Positions 18,557 through 28,409 of a stretch of 64,000 nt of DNA are shown here, piece by piece (the stretch's first letter is position 1; every line of letters begins with the position of its first letter). The DNA comes from an uncultured Acidobacteriota bacterium. Lineage in GTDB: Bacteria > Acidobacteriota > JAQAZP01. The position numbers were made by a program, and so were the translations under genes. The stretch lies in NCBI GenBank assembly GCA_963836075.1, contig CAWIIB010000009.1, positions 1,312,001 to 1,376,000 of the forward strand. The letters run 5' to 3'. A model generated the notes under the pieces. The model was given only the letters and a program-made list of their open reading frames with translations. It did not search any database and had not been told where the DNA came from.

Positions 18557-18979
18557 ATGCGCTTCTATTACTGGCGGCCCGGCTCAACTGAGCCGGGCGT
18601 GGATCACGAGCTGATCTGGGGCATGGTGGGGCTGATCACCCTGGCCGTGGCGCGGCTGGTACCGCCGGCGCTCACCAACTGGTACAAGTGCCCCTTCCAC
18701 TCGTTTACCGGCATCCCCTGCCTGACCTGCGGGATGACCCGCAGTTTCCGCTTCATGGTCCACGGCCAGTTCGCCGAGGCCTTGAGCCTCAATCCCCTGG
18801 GCGCCATCCTCTGCATCCTCACCATGATCTACGTGCTCTGCGCCCTGGCCCTGGTGGTCTTCCGCCTGCCCCGGCCCCGTTTCCGCCTGGAGAGTAGAGC
18901 CGCCCGCTGGACTCTGCGGCTGGGCCTGCCCGGGATCCTTCTGGTAAACTGGGTCTATCTTTACTGTCACGGTGTCTGA
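18557..18979 (+). CDS. DUF2752 family membrane protein
   Basis: CPFHSFTGIPCLTCGMTRS...LNPLG signature. Confidence 0.85.
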   Translation: MRFYYWRPGSTEPGVDHELIWGMVGLITLAVARLVPPALTNWYKCPFHSFTGIPCLTCGMTRSFRFMVHGQFAEALSLNPLGAILCILTMIYVLCALALVVFRLPRPRFRLESRAARWTLRLGLPGILLVNWVYLYCHGV

Positions 18980-20471
18980 CCCGCGGCCGGGCCGCGGCTC
19001 GCAACTCGGCTTGATGATGAACCAGACCAACATCGGCCTGGCGGAACGCTGGTTCCCCCTGGCGGCAGCGATCAGTTGCGCTGCGGTATTTGTTCTGCTC
19101 CCCCTGGTCGACCCGGGCGGGCGTTTCTGGGGCCTGGGACATGCCGCCCTGGTGCCGCTCTGGCTCCGTGTTCTGCAGGGCCTGGTCCTGGTGTTCGTGG
19201 CGCTGCCCCGGGTGGGCCAGCGGCTGGCGGGCTTTCTTGAACCGCCGGCCGGCCGGGCCCAAGACTTTTTCCGCCGCTATCCAGGGCCGGCCTGGGCCGG
19301 CACCGGCATCTTCTCCGCCGTTGTCTTCTGGCTGCTGCGCGACCGCAACCTGGCCGTGGGGGACAGCGAGCACCTGATCAAGGCGGTCACCTGGTATGTC
19401 CACCTGGAGGGCTGGCACGTCACCTTTGACGAGGCCCTGGAACTGCTGTTGCACTCCGCGGTCTACCGGCTGTTTATTGCCGCCGGCTACCCCGGCGCCG
19501 CGGAAACCGCCTTTGCCCTGACCAGTGTCCTGGCCGGCGGGCTCTTTGTCATCGTCCTGCTGCTGCTGGTCCGCCGCCTGGCCGGCCCGGCCGTGCTGCG
19601 TCTGTCCCTGCTGGTTCTGGCCCTCAGTGCCGGCTATGTCCAGCTGCTTTTCGGTCACGTGGAGAACTACACCGTGGTGGCGCTGCTGATGCTGCTCTAC
19701 CTCTACTCCGGGGTGCGCTACCTGCGGGAAGCGGGCCGGGGGCTCTTCCCGCCGGCGGCCCTGCTCTCCACCGCGGTTTCCTTCCACCTGCTGGCCGGCT
19801 GGCTCTACCCCTCGCTGCTGTTTCTCTGGTGGGCCGGTCGCGGGCGGAAGGACGACGGCGGCAAACGCAATGACGGCGGACTCACCGCGCTGGTCGTCGG
19901 GGTTGTGCTGCCCCTGGCGGCCGCCTTCGGTCTCTGCCGCCTGGCCGGCTTCGGTTCCGAACGGTTCGGCGAGACCCACCTGGCAGCGATGAAGTTCGTC
20001 TTCCTCCTCGACCCGCAGACCTACGAGCACTACCAGTACGGGTTCCTCTCCCCGGCCCACCTTTTCGAGGCCCTGAACCAGTTCTGGCTGGTGGCGCTGC
20101 CCGCACTCCTCGCCCTGCTCTATCTGGTGTTGCACGGGGGGAAGGGAAAGGGGGGCCGGGAAGCGCGGGGTGAAGCGGGCTTCGCCCTCATCGCGGCGGT
20201 CTCGCTGCAGTGCTTCACCCTCTGCTGGAACCCCGACCTGGGGGCCTTCAAGGACTGGGACCTCTTTGCCGCCGCCGGTCTGGGCTGGACCTTTGCCGCC
20301 CTGGTGCTGCTCTCCCGGCGCCGGGTGGCGGTGCGGGCTCTGCTGGTCCTCACCCTCTGCGGCCTGCTGTTCACCGTCCCCTGGGTGCTGGGCAACCACA
20401 CCACGGTGGTGGAGGTGAACCCCGGCCTGGAAGCCATCCCTGAAACCTTTGCCCCGCCGGTTCGTAAATAA
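18972..20471 (+). CDS. Polytopic membrane protein, possibly a GT-C-fold glycosyltransferase
   Basis: More than 10 TM helices; GD, HVENY and KDWDLF loop motifs; overlaps the upstream stop. Confidence 0.55.
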   Translation: MSDPRPGRGSQLGLMMNQTNIGLAERWFPLAAAISCAAVFVLLPLVDPGGRFWGLGHAALVPLWLRVLQGLVLVFVALPRVGQRLAGFLEPPAGRAQDFFRRYPGPAWAGTGIFSAVVFWLLRDRNLAVGDSEHLIKAVTWYVHLEGWHVTFDEALELLLHSAVYRLFIAAGYPGAAETAFALTSVLAGGLFVIVLLLLVRRLAGPAVLRLSLLVLALSAGYVQLLFGHVENYTVVALLMLLYLYSGVRYLREAGRGLFPPAALLSTAVSFHLLAGWLYPSLLFLWWAGRGRKDDGGKRNDGGLTALVVGVVLPLAAAFGLCRLAGFGSERFGETHLAAMKFVFLLDPQTYEHYQYGFLSPAHLFEALNQFWLVALPALLALLYLVLHGGKGKGGREARGEAGFALIAAVSLQCFTLCWNPDLGAFKDWDLFAAAGLGWTFAALVLLSRRRVAVRALLVLTLCGLLFTVPWVLGNHTTVVEVNPGLEAIPETFAPPVRK

Positions 20472-20629
20472 ATTTGATTATCCGGACGGGATGCGTGCCA
20501 TTGATGTATAATCCTCAATTGCAATCGATATTTCCCTGAAATTGAGTCAGGCAGACCAGGTGATCAAGTTGCCGGTCCCGAGGGGCCGACAGTTATTTGT
20601 GAACTCTGTTCCGCACAAGGAGGAGACCG

Positions 20630-21136
20630 ATGAAGAACCTGTTCGTGGCACTCACAGCCATGGTCCTGCTGCTTTCCGCCGGCGTGCCCGCCGTGGCCGG
20701 GGAGGGCGTCCGCTGCATTCCGGTGGAACTCACCGTGAAAACCAACTTCGACGGCATCGAAGTGCTGATGGGCCTGGAAAAGGGCGTCAATGACATGAAG
20801 AGCTTCGGGCTCAGCCCGGTGACGATCCAGCTTCTTGCCGTGGTGGCCGATGTGCCCGGGGAAAAGAAGCCGGTGCTCCGCCTGCTGCCCGCCAAGGAAG
20901 AGTGTCCCGGGGCCGACGCCGACTGGAAGTCGCTGCCCACCGAGGCCCGCTACTTTTACATCGAGCCGGGGCACACCGGCTATGAGCCCATCCGGAACAA
21001 GAAGAAGAAGATCGTAAAGATAAAGGAAGTGATCAAGGCCCTCGACGCCGGCGACGAGAAGATGGAGAAGGAGATCAAGTTCACCCTCGAACTGCCCCAG
21101 GCATCGAGCCAGCCGGGCGGCGGTTTCGGCGGTTAG
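20630..21136 (+). CDS. Secreted hypothetical protein
   Basis: AAGGAGG RBS; signal peptide; followed by a terminator. Confidence 0.75.
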   Translation: MKNLFVALTAMVLLLSAGVPAVAGEGVRCIPVELTVKTNFDGIEVLMGLEKGVNDMKSFGLSPVTIQLLAVVADVPGEKKPVLRLLPAKEECPGADADWKSLPTEARYFYIEPGHTGYEPIRNKKKKIVKIKEVIKALDAGDEKMEKEIKFTLELPQASSQPGGGFGG

Positions 21137-21164
21137 CAGCAGGCCGGCCACGGCCGGAAGAACC

Positions 21165-21198
21165 GAAAAAAGGACACCTTGCGGGGTGTCCTTTTTTC
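21165..21198. terminator. Bidirectional intrinsic terminator
   Basis: GAAAAAAGGACACC...GGTGTCCTTTTTTC between convergent genes. Confidence 0.9.
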
Positions 21199-21215
21199 AG
21201 TACCTGGAGGTTGGT

Positions 21216-22118
21216 TCAGAAACTCTGCAGGTCGGCCAGGCCGTCGAAGATCCAGCGGGCTTCGCCCTCCAGCATCACCCGGCCCCAGCGAGCCATGGCG
21301 GCGTCTTCAGAATCGCCGTCCGGCTCACTGAACCCCACCGTGAGCAGCGAGCCTCCGCGGGTCAGGCAGCGCACGGGCGAGTCGTAGCCGAATCGCTGGG
21401 CCGCCACCAGGGCGGTGGCGGTGCAGCCGGTTCCGCAGGCCAGGGTTTCGGCTTCCACACCACGCTCGTAGGTCCGCACGGCCAGGGTGCGGGTCCTCTC
21501 GTCCACCACCGAGTAGAAGTTGACGTTGGTCCCGGCAGGGCCGAACAGACCCAGCCCGCGGATGGCGGACCCCCAGCGGTTGACCGCCATGGACGGGAGC
21601 TGGTCCGACGGCAGGTGGTGGACGAAGTGCGGGACGCCAACGGTGAGGAACTCGCCGGAAAAGACCCGCCGACTGCCGTCACCGGCGGAGATTTCGGCTT
21701 CCACGCTCCGGGCCGGCCAGCTGATGGGCGCCATCTCCAGGTTGACCCGCGATTCCTCCACCTCGGCGGAAAGGATTCGTCCTTCGCTGGTTTCGATGGT
21801 GGGCCGGGGACCGGCCAGACCCTTGCGGTACAGGTAATTGGCCAGGCAGCGGCCGCCGTTGCCGCAGAGGGCGGCGGTGTCCCCGCCGGAGTTGACATAG
21901 GCCATGCGGGCGTCGGCGGTCTCGGACCGGCGGACGAGGATCAGGCCGTCGGCGCCCACCGCGGTGCCGCGGGGACAGAGCGCCCGGGCCAGCCAGGACT
22001 CCCGTCCGGCCCACTGGTTCTTCCGGTCGTCGATGATGATGAAGTCGTTGCCCCCGCCTGACATTTTGACGAAGGGCAGGCGTTTCTCCATTTCCTTGCC
22101 GACGTCCTCGCTCTCCAT
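21216..22118 (-). CDS. dapF: Diaminopimelate epimerase
   Basis: KMSGGGNDF, VGADG, LCGNGGRC, GVPH, GTNVNF, RTYERGVEAETLACGTG. Confidence 0.95.
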   Translation of the reverse strand: MESEDVGKEMEKRLPFVKMSGGGNDFIIIDDRKNQWAGRESWLARALCPRGTAVGADGLILVRRSETADARMAYVNSGGDTAALCGNGGRCLANYLYRKGLAGPRPTIETSEGRILSAEVEESRVNLEMAPISWPARSVEAEISAGDGSRRVFSGEFLTVGVPHFVHHLPSDQLPSMAVNRWGSAIRGLGLFGPAGTNVNFYSVVDERTRTLAVRTYERGVEAETLACGTGCTATALVAAQRFGYDSPVRCLTRGGSLLTVGFSEPDGDSEDAAMARWGRVMLEGEARWIFDGLADLQSF

Positions 22119-22124
22119 GGCGTC

Positions 22125-23849
22125 CTATCTGGCCATCACCTCGAGCGGTTCACTCCGCTCGCTGCGGTTGGCCGGTTCAGCGCTGTCCAGTGCCTCCACC
22201 AGGTAGGTGTACCAGGTTTCGGGCAGTACCGTCGAGTCCTTGTAACGCGGTTCATCCAGCGGTTTGTCGTTCAACTGGACCAGTTCGCTCTGCGCGTTTC
22301 CGCTGGTGCCCTTGTGGCGGTAGAGGTTGTAGCCCAGCAGGTCCGGTTCGCCGTTGGGGGTCCAGAACAGGGTCACTTCCCCGGCGGCGGCCACGTAGGT
22401 GAAGTTCACCGGGGTGATCGGCGGGTAGACGTCCACCGTGGTCACGGTGACCGGGGGGCTGCCCTCGCTCTCCACCCGGCCGTCCTCGGTGACCATCACG
22501 GTGCGCACGGTGAAGCGGTAGGTTTCACCAAAGGTGAAGAGCCTGTTGGAGTAGGTCTTCTCGATCAGCGGCTGTCCGTGGCTGGGCAGCGTGGGTGTTC
22601 CCTCGTCCGATTCCAACTGGCGGAAGACATAGTACCCGGCGATGTATGGCGGCACCGGTCTTCGCGGCCCCACCGGCCAGGGCTCGGGCCACAGGGCGAT
22701 GAGCCGGACCGGCGACGCCGGACCGAACAGCGCCGGCGGCTGGACGATCCAGCCGGGCACCACCGCGTCTTCCGGCAGCCCTTCGATCTGGCCCTCCTCC
22801 TCGGCGCTCCCCTTTGACGGGGCAGTCTTCCCGCCCGCCGCCATTTTTTTCTTTGCCCCGGCAGCGGCGGCTTTCCCGTCGCCGGGGTCCGCCGGGATCC
22901 CCGGTTCCAGCTCATCGCCGTCGGGGCCCGTGGCCAACTCTTCTTTTTCCCGGGCGATCCGCACCCAGGGGTCCACCGGCGGCCCGTCCCAGGTCAGATC
23001 GATGGATCGTTCCGTGCTCTGCACCTGCAGGTTGTGGGGCGCCACCGGCGGCACCAGCGGAGTGACCAGCTGGAACTCGGAGAAGAGCCCCTCCCGGTCC
23101 ATGGTATCGGTCACACGCACCGCATAGTGGTAGCGGGTCAACTCCAGGGTCTCCTCGTCCAGCTGGGGCAGCGGGTCGGTGTGGTAGAGGCGGCGGGATG
23201 TACCCGACTCCTCGATTTGGCTGCCGGTGAGGGTGTGGATCAGTTCGGCCTTCCTTTCGAACTTGCGGGCCGAGATGAATGAGCCGGAGACATCGCGGAA
23301 CCCCGGGGTGATCCGTGGCTGCCGCTGCTGCTGCTGGTCGGCCCAGCCGTCCCGGTCGTCACCGCTGCGCCCCGAGCGGCTGGATCCCGTCCCGCCCAGG
23401 GTGCCGGTGTTCGACTGCCCGCCCCCGCCATACTTGCCGTCCGCCCCTTCGTCCGGGCCGCCCATGGCGCCGGTGCCGTACCCGGCGCCGTACAAGCCGG
23501 CGTCCTCCGGGTCGTCGGCCAGGAAGCTCTGGGTCACCTGGTCCAGCACGTCGAAATTGGTCGGGGTTTCCTCCTCGTCCTCCTCCCCTTCCTTTTTCGG
23601 CTTGAGCAGTTCGGTGTAGCGGAACAGTTCCACCCGGGTCACGCCCACCAGGTCGCTCTGGTCGGTGTTCTGCAGGGGCATCATCCAGGAGAGGGTGATG
23701 TTGTCCCCGTGCTGGGTGGAGATGAGGCCCGTACTGCCCTGGGGCTGGACCTTGATCGGCGGCTGGGGCGGCCCCTTGCGGCCGCAGGCCGGGGCGGCAA
23801 GCAGGGCGATGACCATCAGCAGCAACGGGATATGTCTGGTTCGGCTCAT
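22125..23849 (-). CDS. Lipoprotein with LptM/LppL-like N-terminal motif and fibronectin type III domains
   Basis: Lipobox APAC followed by GRKGPPQPP; FN3-like PVAPHNL...IDLTW, GYYVFR, DVYPP.TP...VTLFW...GYNLYR. Confidence 0.75.
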   Translation of the reverse strand: MSRTRHIPLLLMVIALLAAPACGRKGPPQPPIKVQPQGSTGLISTQHGDNITLSWMMPLQNTDQSDLVGVTRVELFRYTELLKPKKEGEEDEEETPTNFDVLDQVTQSFLADDPEDAGLYGAGYGTGAMGGPDEGADGKYGGGGQSNTGTLGGTGSSRSGRSGDDRDGWADQQQQRQPRITPGFRDVSGSFISARKFERKAELIHTLTGSQIEESGTSRRLYHTDPLPQLDEETLELTRYHYAVRVTDTMDREGLFSEFQLVTPLVPPVAPHNLQVQSTERSIDLTWDGPPVDPWVRIAREKEELATGPDGDELEPGIPADPGDGKAAAAGAKKKMAAGGKTAPSKGSAEEEGQIEGLPEDAVVPGWIVQPPALFGPASPVRLIALWPEPWPVGPRRPVPPYIAGYYVFRQLESDEGTPTLPSHGQPLIEKTYSNRLFTFGETYRFTVRTVMVTEDGRVESEGSPPVTVTTVDVYPPITPVNFTYVAAAGEVTLFWTPNGEPDLLGYNLYRHKGTSGNAQSELVQLNDKPLDEPRYKDSTVLPETWYTYLVEALDSAEPANRSERSEPLEVMAR

Positions 23850-23858
23850 GAGCTCCCG

Positions 23859-25256
23859 TCAGAGGATGTAACGGCTCAGGTCCTGGTCTTCGATGATATC
23901 GGCGAGCATCCGCCGGACGTAGTCGCGGTCGATCTGCACCTGCTTCTGCCGCAGGTCGGCTCCCTCGAAAGAGATCTCATCCAGCAGCTTTTCCATGATC
24001 GTGTGCAGCCGCCGGGCCCCGATGTTCTCGGTGGTCGAGTTGACCGTCGCGGCAAACTCGGCGATCTCGCGGATCGCCTCCGCGTGGAAGGTCAGTTCGA
24101 TGCCTTCGGTTTCCATCAGCGCTTCATACTGCTTGATCAATGCGTTTTGCGGCTCGGTGAGGATGCGCACGAACTCTTCCGCACCCAGGCTCTCCAGCTC
24201 CACGCGGATGGGGAAACGGCCCTGCAGTTCAGGGATCAGGTCCGCCGGCTTGGACATGTGGAATGCTCCGGCGGCGATGAACAGGATGTGGTCGGTGCGC
24301 ACCAGCCCGTACTTGGTCTGTACCGTGGTACCCTCGACGATGGGCAGGATGTCCCGCTGCACCCCCTCGCGGCTGACGTCGGGGCCGTGGGACGATTCCC
24401 GGCCGGCCACCTTGTCGATCTCGTCGAGGAAGATGATCCCCGATTGCTGCACCCGCTCCAGGGCCTGGCGGGTCACCTTGTCCATGTCCACCAGCTTTGA
24501 CTCCTCCTCTTCCAGCAGGTGCTGGCGGGCTTCGCCGATGGTCATCTTGCGCCGCTTCTTCTTGCCGCCGAACAGGCCGGGGAACATCTCCTTGACGTTG
24601 ATCCCCATGTTCTCCACACCCTGGTTGGTGAAGATCTGCATGTTGGGGACGCTCGATTCGGTGACATCCATCTCCACCGGCCGGTCCTCCAGTTTCCCCG
24701 CTTTCAGCTGATCCTTGAACTTCTCCCGGGTACTGGAGGAGACGCCGGTTTTCACCGCCCCCTCAGCCTGGTCGCCGGGCATGGGTGGCTGGGGCATGGA
24801 CGGCAGCAGCAGGTCCAGCAGGCGCTGCTCCACGTTTTTCTCCGCCCGGGAGTGCACGTGCCGTGTGGCCTCTTCCTTGACCATGTCCACCGCGATCTCG
24901 GTCAGGTCGCGGATCATCGACTCCACGTCGCGGCCCACGTAGCCCACTTCGGTGAACTTGGAGGCCTCCACCTTCATGAACGGTGAACGGGCCAGCCGGG
25001 CCAGCCGGCGGGCGATCTCGGTCTTGCCCACCCCGGTGGGGCCGATCATGATGATATTCTTCGGCGCCACCTCCTCGGCCATCTCCGGCGAGAGGCGCTG
25101 GCGGCGGATCCGGTTGCGCAGGGCGATGGCCACCGCCCGTTTGGCCTTGTGCTGCCCCACGATGTAACGGTCCAGCTCGGAGACGATCTCCCGCGGGACC
25201 AGCTGGTTTTCCCAGCGCTGATCTTCCTCGATGGTTCCCTTCAAGTGAATAACCAT
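23859..25256 (-). CDS. hslU: ATP-dependent protease ATPase subunit HslU
   Basis: [60 protein letters not shown]. Confidence 0.98.
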   Translation of the reverse strand: MVIHLKGTIEEDQRWENQLVPREIVSELDRYIVGQHKAKRAVAIALRNRIRRQRLSPEMAEEVAPKNIIMIGPTGVGKTEIARRLARLARSPFMKVEASKFTEVGYVGRDVESMIRDLTEIAVDMVKEEATRHVHSRAEKNVEQRLLDLLLPSMPQPPMPGDQAEGAVKTGVSSSTREKFKDQLKAGKLEDRPVEMDVTESSVPNMQIFTNQGVENMGINVKEMFPGLFGGKKKRRKMTIGEARQHLLEEEESKLVDMDKVTRQALERVQQSGIIFLDEIDKVAGRESSHGPDVSREGVQRDILPIVEGTTVQTKYGLVRTDHILFIAAGAFHMSKPADLIPELQGRFPIRVELESLGAEEFVRILTEPQNALIKQYEALMETEGIELTFHAEAIREIAEFAATVNSTTENIGARRLHTIMEKLLDEISFEGADLRQKQVQIDRDYVRRMLADIIEDQDLSRYIL

Positions 25257-25309
25257 GGTGCTTCCCCGGCGCCCGGCTTCACGCAGGCGCCGCTATGGTC
25301 GGGGCAGGG

Positions 25310-25870
25310 CTACTTCTCCGCCAGTGGCGGCAGTGTTTCCACCCGGATCGAGTCGTTGGTGTAGATGCAGATCGAGGCGGCGATACGGATCGCTTCCTCG
25401 GCGATGGCCTCTGCCGTGAGGTCGGTGTGCCGGATCATGGCCCGGGCCGCGGCCAGGGCGTAGGCGCCGCCGGAACCGATGCCGGCCAGGCCGTCGTCCG
25501 GCTCCAGCACCTCGCCGCCGCCGGAGAGGAGATAGGTGATCTCCTTGTCCGCCACCAGCATCAGCGCGTCGAGCTTGCGCAGCACGCGGTCGGTCCGCCA
25601 GTCGCGGCCCAGCTCATACGCCGCCCGCCGGAGGTTCCCCTGGTGGGCCTCCAGCTTCCCCTCCAGACGGGAGAAGAGGGCGAAGGCGTCGGCGGCAGAC
25701 CCGGCGAATCCGGCCAGAATCGAGTCCTTGTGCAGGCGTCGGATCTTGGCCGCACCCTGCTTCATCACCGTGTTGCCCAGGGTCACCTGGCCGTCGCCGG
25801 CCAGGGCTACCCGCCCGTCCCGCCGCACGGCGATGATGGTGGTGGCTCTCATAGTATTGTCTACGCTCAT
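25310..25870 (-). CDS. hslV: ATP-dependent protease subunit HslV
   Basis: [36 protein letters not shown]. Confidence 0.98.
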   Translation of the reverse strand: MSVDNTMRATTIIAVRRDGRVALAGDGQVTLGNTVMKQGAAKIRRLHKDSILAGFAGSAADAFALFSRLEGKLEAHQGNLRRAAYELGRDWRTDRVLRKLDALMLVADKEITYLLSGGGEVLEPDDGLAGIGSGGAYALAAARAMIRHTDLTAEAIAEEAIRIAASICIYTNDSIRVETLPPLAEK

Positions 25871-25908
25871 TATCTCTCCCGTGTTGAGGATTCTAGCATG
25901 GAAAACGT

Positions 25909-25937
25909 TTCATAACACCGCCCCCCGGGAGTGTCAA
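25909..25937 (-). promoter_or_regulatory. Candidate sigma70 promoter for hslVU
   Basis: Minus strand TTGACA, 17-nt spacer, TATGAA with extended -10 TG. Confidence 0.45.
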
Positions 25938-25946
25938 CTTGGCACA

Positions 25947-26057
25947 GGGACGCACAGGGGACGTACATGAATTTATGAATATTTGAGAACCGGCCTGGAA
26001 AAGTAGAGACGATTTTCAAATATTCATAAATTCATGTACGTCCCTGGCTACGTCCCC
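25947..26057. repeat. AT-rich element with perfect 29-bp inverted repeats (MITE/REP-doublet-like)
   Basis: GGGACGTACATGAATTTATGAATATTTGA at 25958-25986 and its reverse complement at 26016-26044; outer GGGACG/CGTCCC motifs. Confidence 0.85.
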
Positions 26058-26058
26058 A

Positions 26059-26964
26059 TCACGCACGGGGATGCGCTTTGTCATACACTTCCTTGATCTG
26101 GGTGATGCTGGTGTGGATGTACTTCTGGGTGGTGGAGAGGCTGACGTGGCCCAGCAGCTCCTGGATCACCCGCAGGTCGGCCCCGCGGGACAGCAGGTGG
26201 GAGGCGAAGGAGTGGCGGATGGCGTGGGGGCTCAGGTTGTGGTTCAGGGCCAGCTGGTCCACGTATTTTTTGATCAGCCGCCGGATGCTGCGGTCGGTGA
26301 GCCGGCCGCCGCGGTTGTTGAGGAACATCTCTCGCTTGCCGGCGGCTGCCGGCTTGCCCTCGCGTGCGTCGAGGTAGGTGGTCACCGCCTGTGCCGCCGG
26401 CTGGCCCAGTGGTACGATCCGCTCCTTGCTCCCCTTGCCCAGCACCCGTACCAGCCGCGCCTTGAAGTCGAGGTCCTCCACGTCCAGGGCCACCAGTTCG
26501 CCCACCCGGATCCCGGTGGCGTAGAGCAGTTCCAGGATCGCCCGGTCGCGCAGCCCGCTGAGCCTGGCGGGATCGGGCGCCTGCAGGAACTCGCCGATCT
26601 CCGGTTCGGTGAGGTGGGGCATCAGCTTGCGCCGTTTGCGCCGCTGGCTCACCACCCGCGCCGGGTCGCGCTCGATCACCTCCTGGCGGCGGAGAAAACG
26701 GAAGAAGCTGCGCAGGGCGGAGAGCTTGCGCGAGATGGTGCTGCCCGCGCTGCCCCGCATGTTGAGGTGGCCCAGCCAGGCGATTACCGCCGGGGTGTCC
26801 ACCGCGGCGGGGTCCACTGTCTGGTTCTCGCCGGCGGCGTAATAGTCCACCTCGAGGAAAGTGATGAAGTCCTCGAGGTCTGAACGGTAGTTCTTGATGG
26901 TGTGGGGGGAGGCATTGCGGCCGAACTTCAGGTGCTGGATGTAGGTTTCCAGGTGGTCGCGCAC
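26059..26964 (-). CDS. xerC: Tyrosine recombinase XerC
   Basis: LYATGIRVGE, GKGSKER, HAIRHSFASHLL, QELLGH.SLSTTQKY; upstream of hslVU. Confidence 0.9.
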   Translation of the reverse strand: MRDHLETYIQHLKFGRNASPHTIKNYRSDLEDFITFLEVDYYAAGENQTVDPAAVDTPAVIAWLGHLNMRGSAGSTISRKLSALRSFFRFLRRQEVIERDPARVVSQRRKRRKLMPHLTEPEIGEFLQAPDPARLSGLRDRAILELLYATGIRVGELVALDVEDLDFKARLVRVLGKGSKERIVPLGQPAAQAVTTYLDAREGKPAAAGKREMFLNNRGGRLTDRSIRRLIKKYVDQLALNHNLSPHAIRHSFASHLLSRGADLRVIQELLGHVSLSTTQKYIHTSITQIKEVYDKAHPRA

Positions 26965-27058
26965 AGTGCTCCTCCGTCCCCTGTCTGTTCCGCTTGACGG
27001 TGAATGTTTGTTCTTCCTTCATAGTAGCCGCCGGGCCTACGCGGCGCAAGCTGGGAAC

Positions 27059-28192
27059 TCACCAGGTTTTGAGACATTTGCCGCCGGGCAGCATCCGCAC
27101 CAGCCCCTCCAGTTCCAGGCAGAGCAGGTGGCGGTGCAGTTCCGGGGGCGGCAGGCCCAGCGAACGGGAGAGCTCGTCAAGACCTCGGGGCTGGTCCACC
27201 TGGAGGGCGTCCAGGACTTTGCCCTCCGCTCCCGAGCGCCGGGCGGCGGCCACCAACGTTGTTCCACCCCCACTCTCCGGCTCTCCGGCCCTGGCCGCCA
27301 TGCGGAGACGAACTTCAGGCGGCAGTTCCTCCACTGCGTCCAGTCCCCGCTGGACCAGCTTTGCCCCGCCGGCCAGCAGCAGGTTGGCCCCGACGCTGGC
27401 CGCGGAGGTGATGTTACCCGGCACGGCAAAGATCTCCCGTCCCTGCTCCAGACCCATCCGGGCGGTGATCAGCGACCCGCTCAGCCGGTCCGCCTCCACC
27501 ACCAGCACACCCCAGGAGAGGCCGCTGATGATCCGGTTGCGCCGGGGGAAATGGTGGGGCAGCGGGCTGGTCCCCGGGGGCAGCTCGGTGACCAGCGCTC
27601 CGCCGGAATTGCAGATGTCCCGGGCCAGCCGCCGGTGTTCGGACGGGTAGAGCCGGTCCAGGCCGCTGCCCAGCACGCCCACCGTCACCCCGTCCCCGGC
27701 CAGGGCTCCGCGGTGGGCTGCGGCATCGATCCCCCGGGCCAGGCCGCTGAACACGGCGGCCCCCAGGGAAGCCAGCTCGCGGCCCAGCATTTCGGCCGCC
27801 GCCCGGCCGTACGGGGTGGCCTTGCGCGAACCCACCACGGCGATCCCGTCCGCCGCCAGGGCTCCGGTGTTCCCCTCCACCCAGAGGGCCAGCGGCGGGT
27901 CGTGGATCTGGCCCAGCAGGTGGTCCGGGTAGTCGGGGTGGGCGGGGGTGACGATCTGCCAGCCGCTGGTCCGGGCCAGCTGTTCAGCGCCGGCCGCCTG
28001 CCGGGGAATACCGGGGTGGAGGATCGCCCGGGCGTTTTTCGAACTGATGCCTTCGATGCCGCACAGTTCATCGACGGTGGACGAGAAAATCCGTTCGGGT
28101 TCGAAGTGGTGGTGTTCCAGCAGGCCCCGGGCCTGCCGCGGGGTGAGCGATGGGACCAGCCCAAGGGCGAGAAAGGCACAGTTTCGCTGCAT
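27059..28192 (-). CDS. dprA: DNA-processing protein DprA
   Basis: AVVGSRKATPYG, SGLARGID, FPRRNRIISGLS, SGSLITA, AVPG; C-terminal winged helix LELEG. Confidence 0.95.
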   Translation of the reverse strand: MQRNCAFLALGLVPSLTPRQARGLLEHHHFEPERIFSSTVDELCGIEGISSKNARAILHPGIPRQAAGAEQLARTSGWQIVTPAHPDYPDHLLGQIHDPPLALWVEGNTGALAADGIAVVGSRKATPYGRAAAEMLGRELASLGAAVFSGLARGIDAAAHRGALAGDGVTVGVLGSGLDRLYPSEHRRLARDICNSGGALVTELPPGTSPLPHHFPRRNRIISGLSWGVLVVEADRLSGSLITARMGLEQGREIFAVPGNITSAASVGANLLLAGGAKLVQRGLDAVEELPPEVRLRMAARAGEPESGGGTTLVAAARRSGAEGKVLDALQVDQPRGLDELSRSLGLPPPELHRHLLCLELEGLVRMLPGGKCLKTW

Positions 28193-28251
28193 CGGTAGAT
28201 CTCCTCAACCAGCGCCGCGCCCTCGTTCGGCTTCCCGGAAAAGGAGCCTCG

Positions 28252-28303
28252 ATTATCGGCAAACGGGGGTGGGGAAGTCAATGGGGACAAAAAAACTGTC
28301 CCC
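28252..28303 (-). promoter_or_regulatory. Candidate dprA promoter with adjacent GGGGACA-N7-TGTCCCC palindrome
   Basis: Minus strand TTGACT, 18-nt spacer, GATAAT; palindrome at 28283-28303 in the divergent intergenic gap. Confidence 0.35.
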
Positions 28304-28409
28304 TTGATGGGACGGGCCGGGGGAAAGTATGGTTTAATCTTAAGGTGACAGCCGGCGGGCATCTTCCTCACCGCCGGCGAGGGGTTCTAACTCAGTTCGG
28401 AGGATCCTG

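Noticed and set aside
25958-25986. Possible dif site beside xerC (CATG...TTATG)
   Set aside because: Spacer and arms do not fit the 11-6-11 XerC/XerD consensus; better explained as one arm of the 29-bp inverted repeat
26059-26964. Tyrosine recombinase as a prophage or island integrase
   Set aside because: XerC-type sequence in the housekeeping dprA-xerC-hslVU context; no phage genes or att sites
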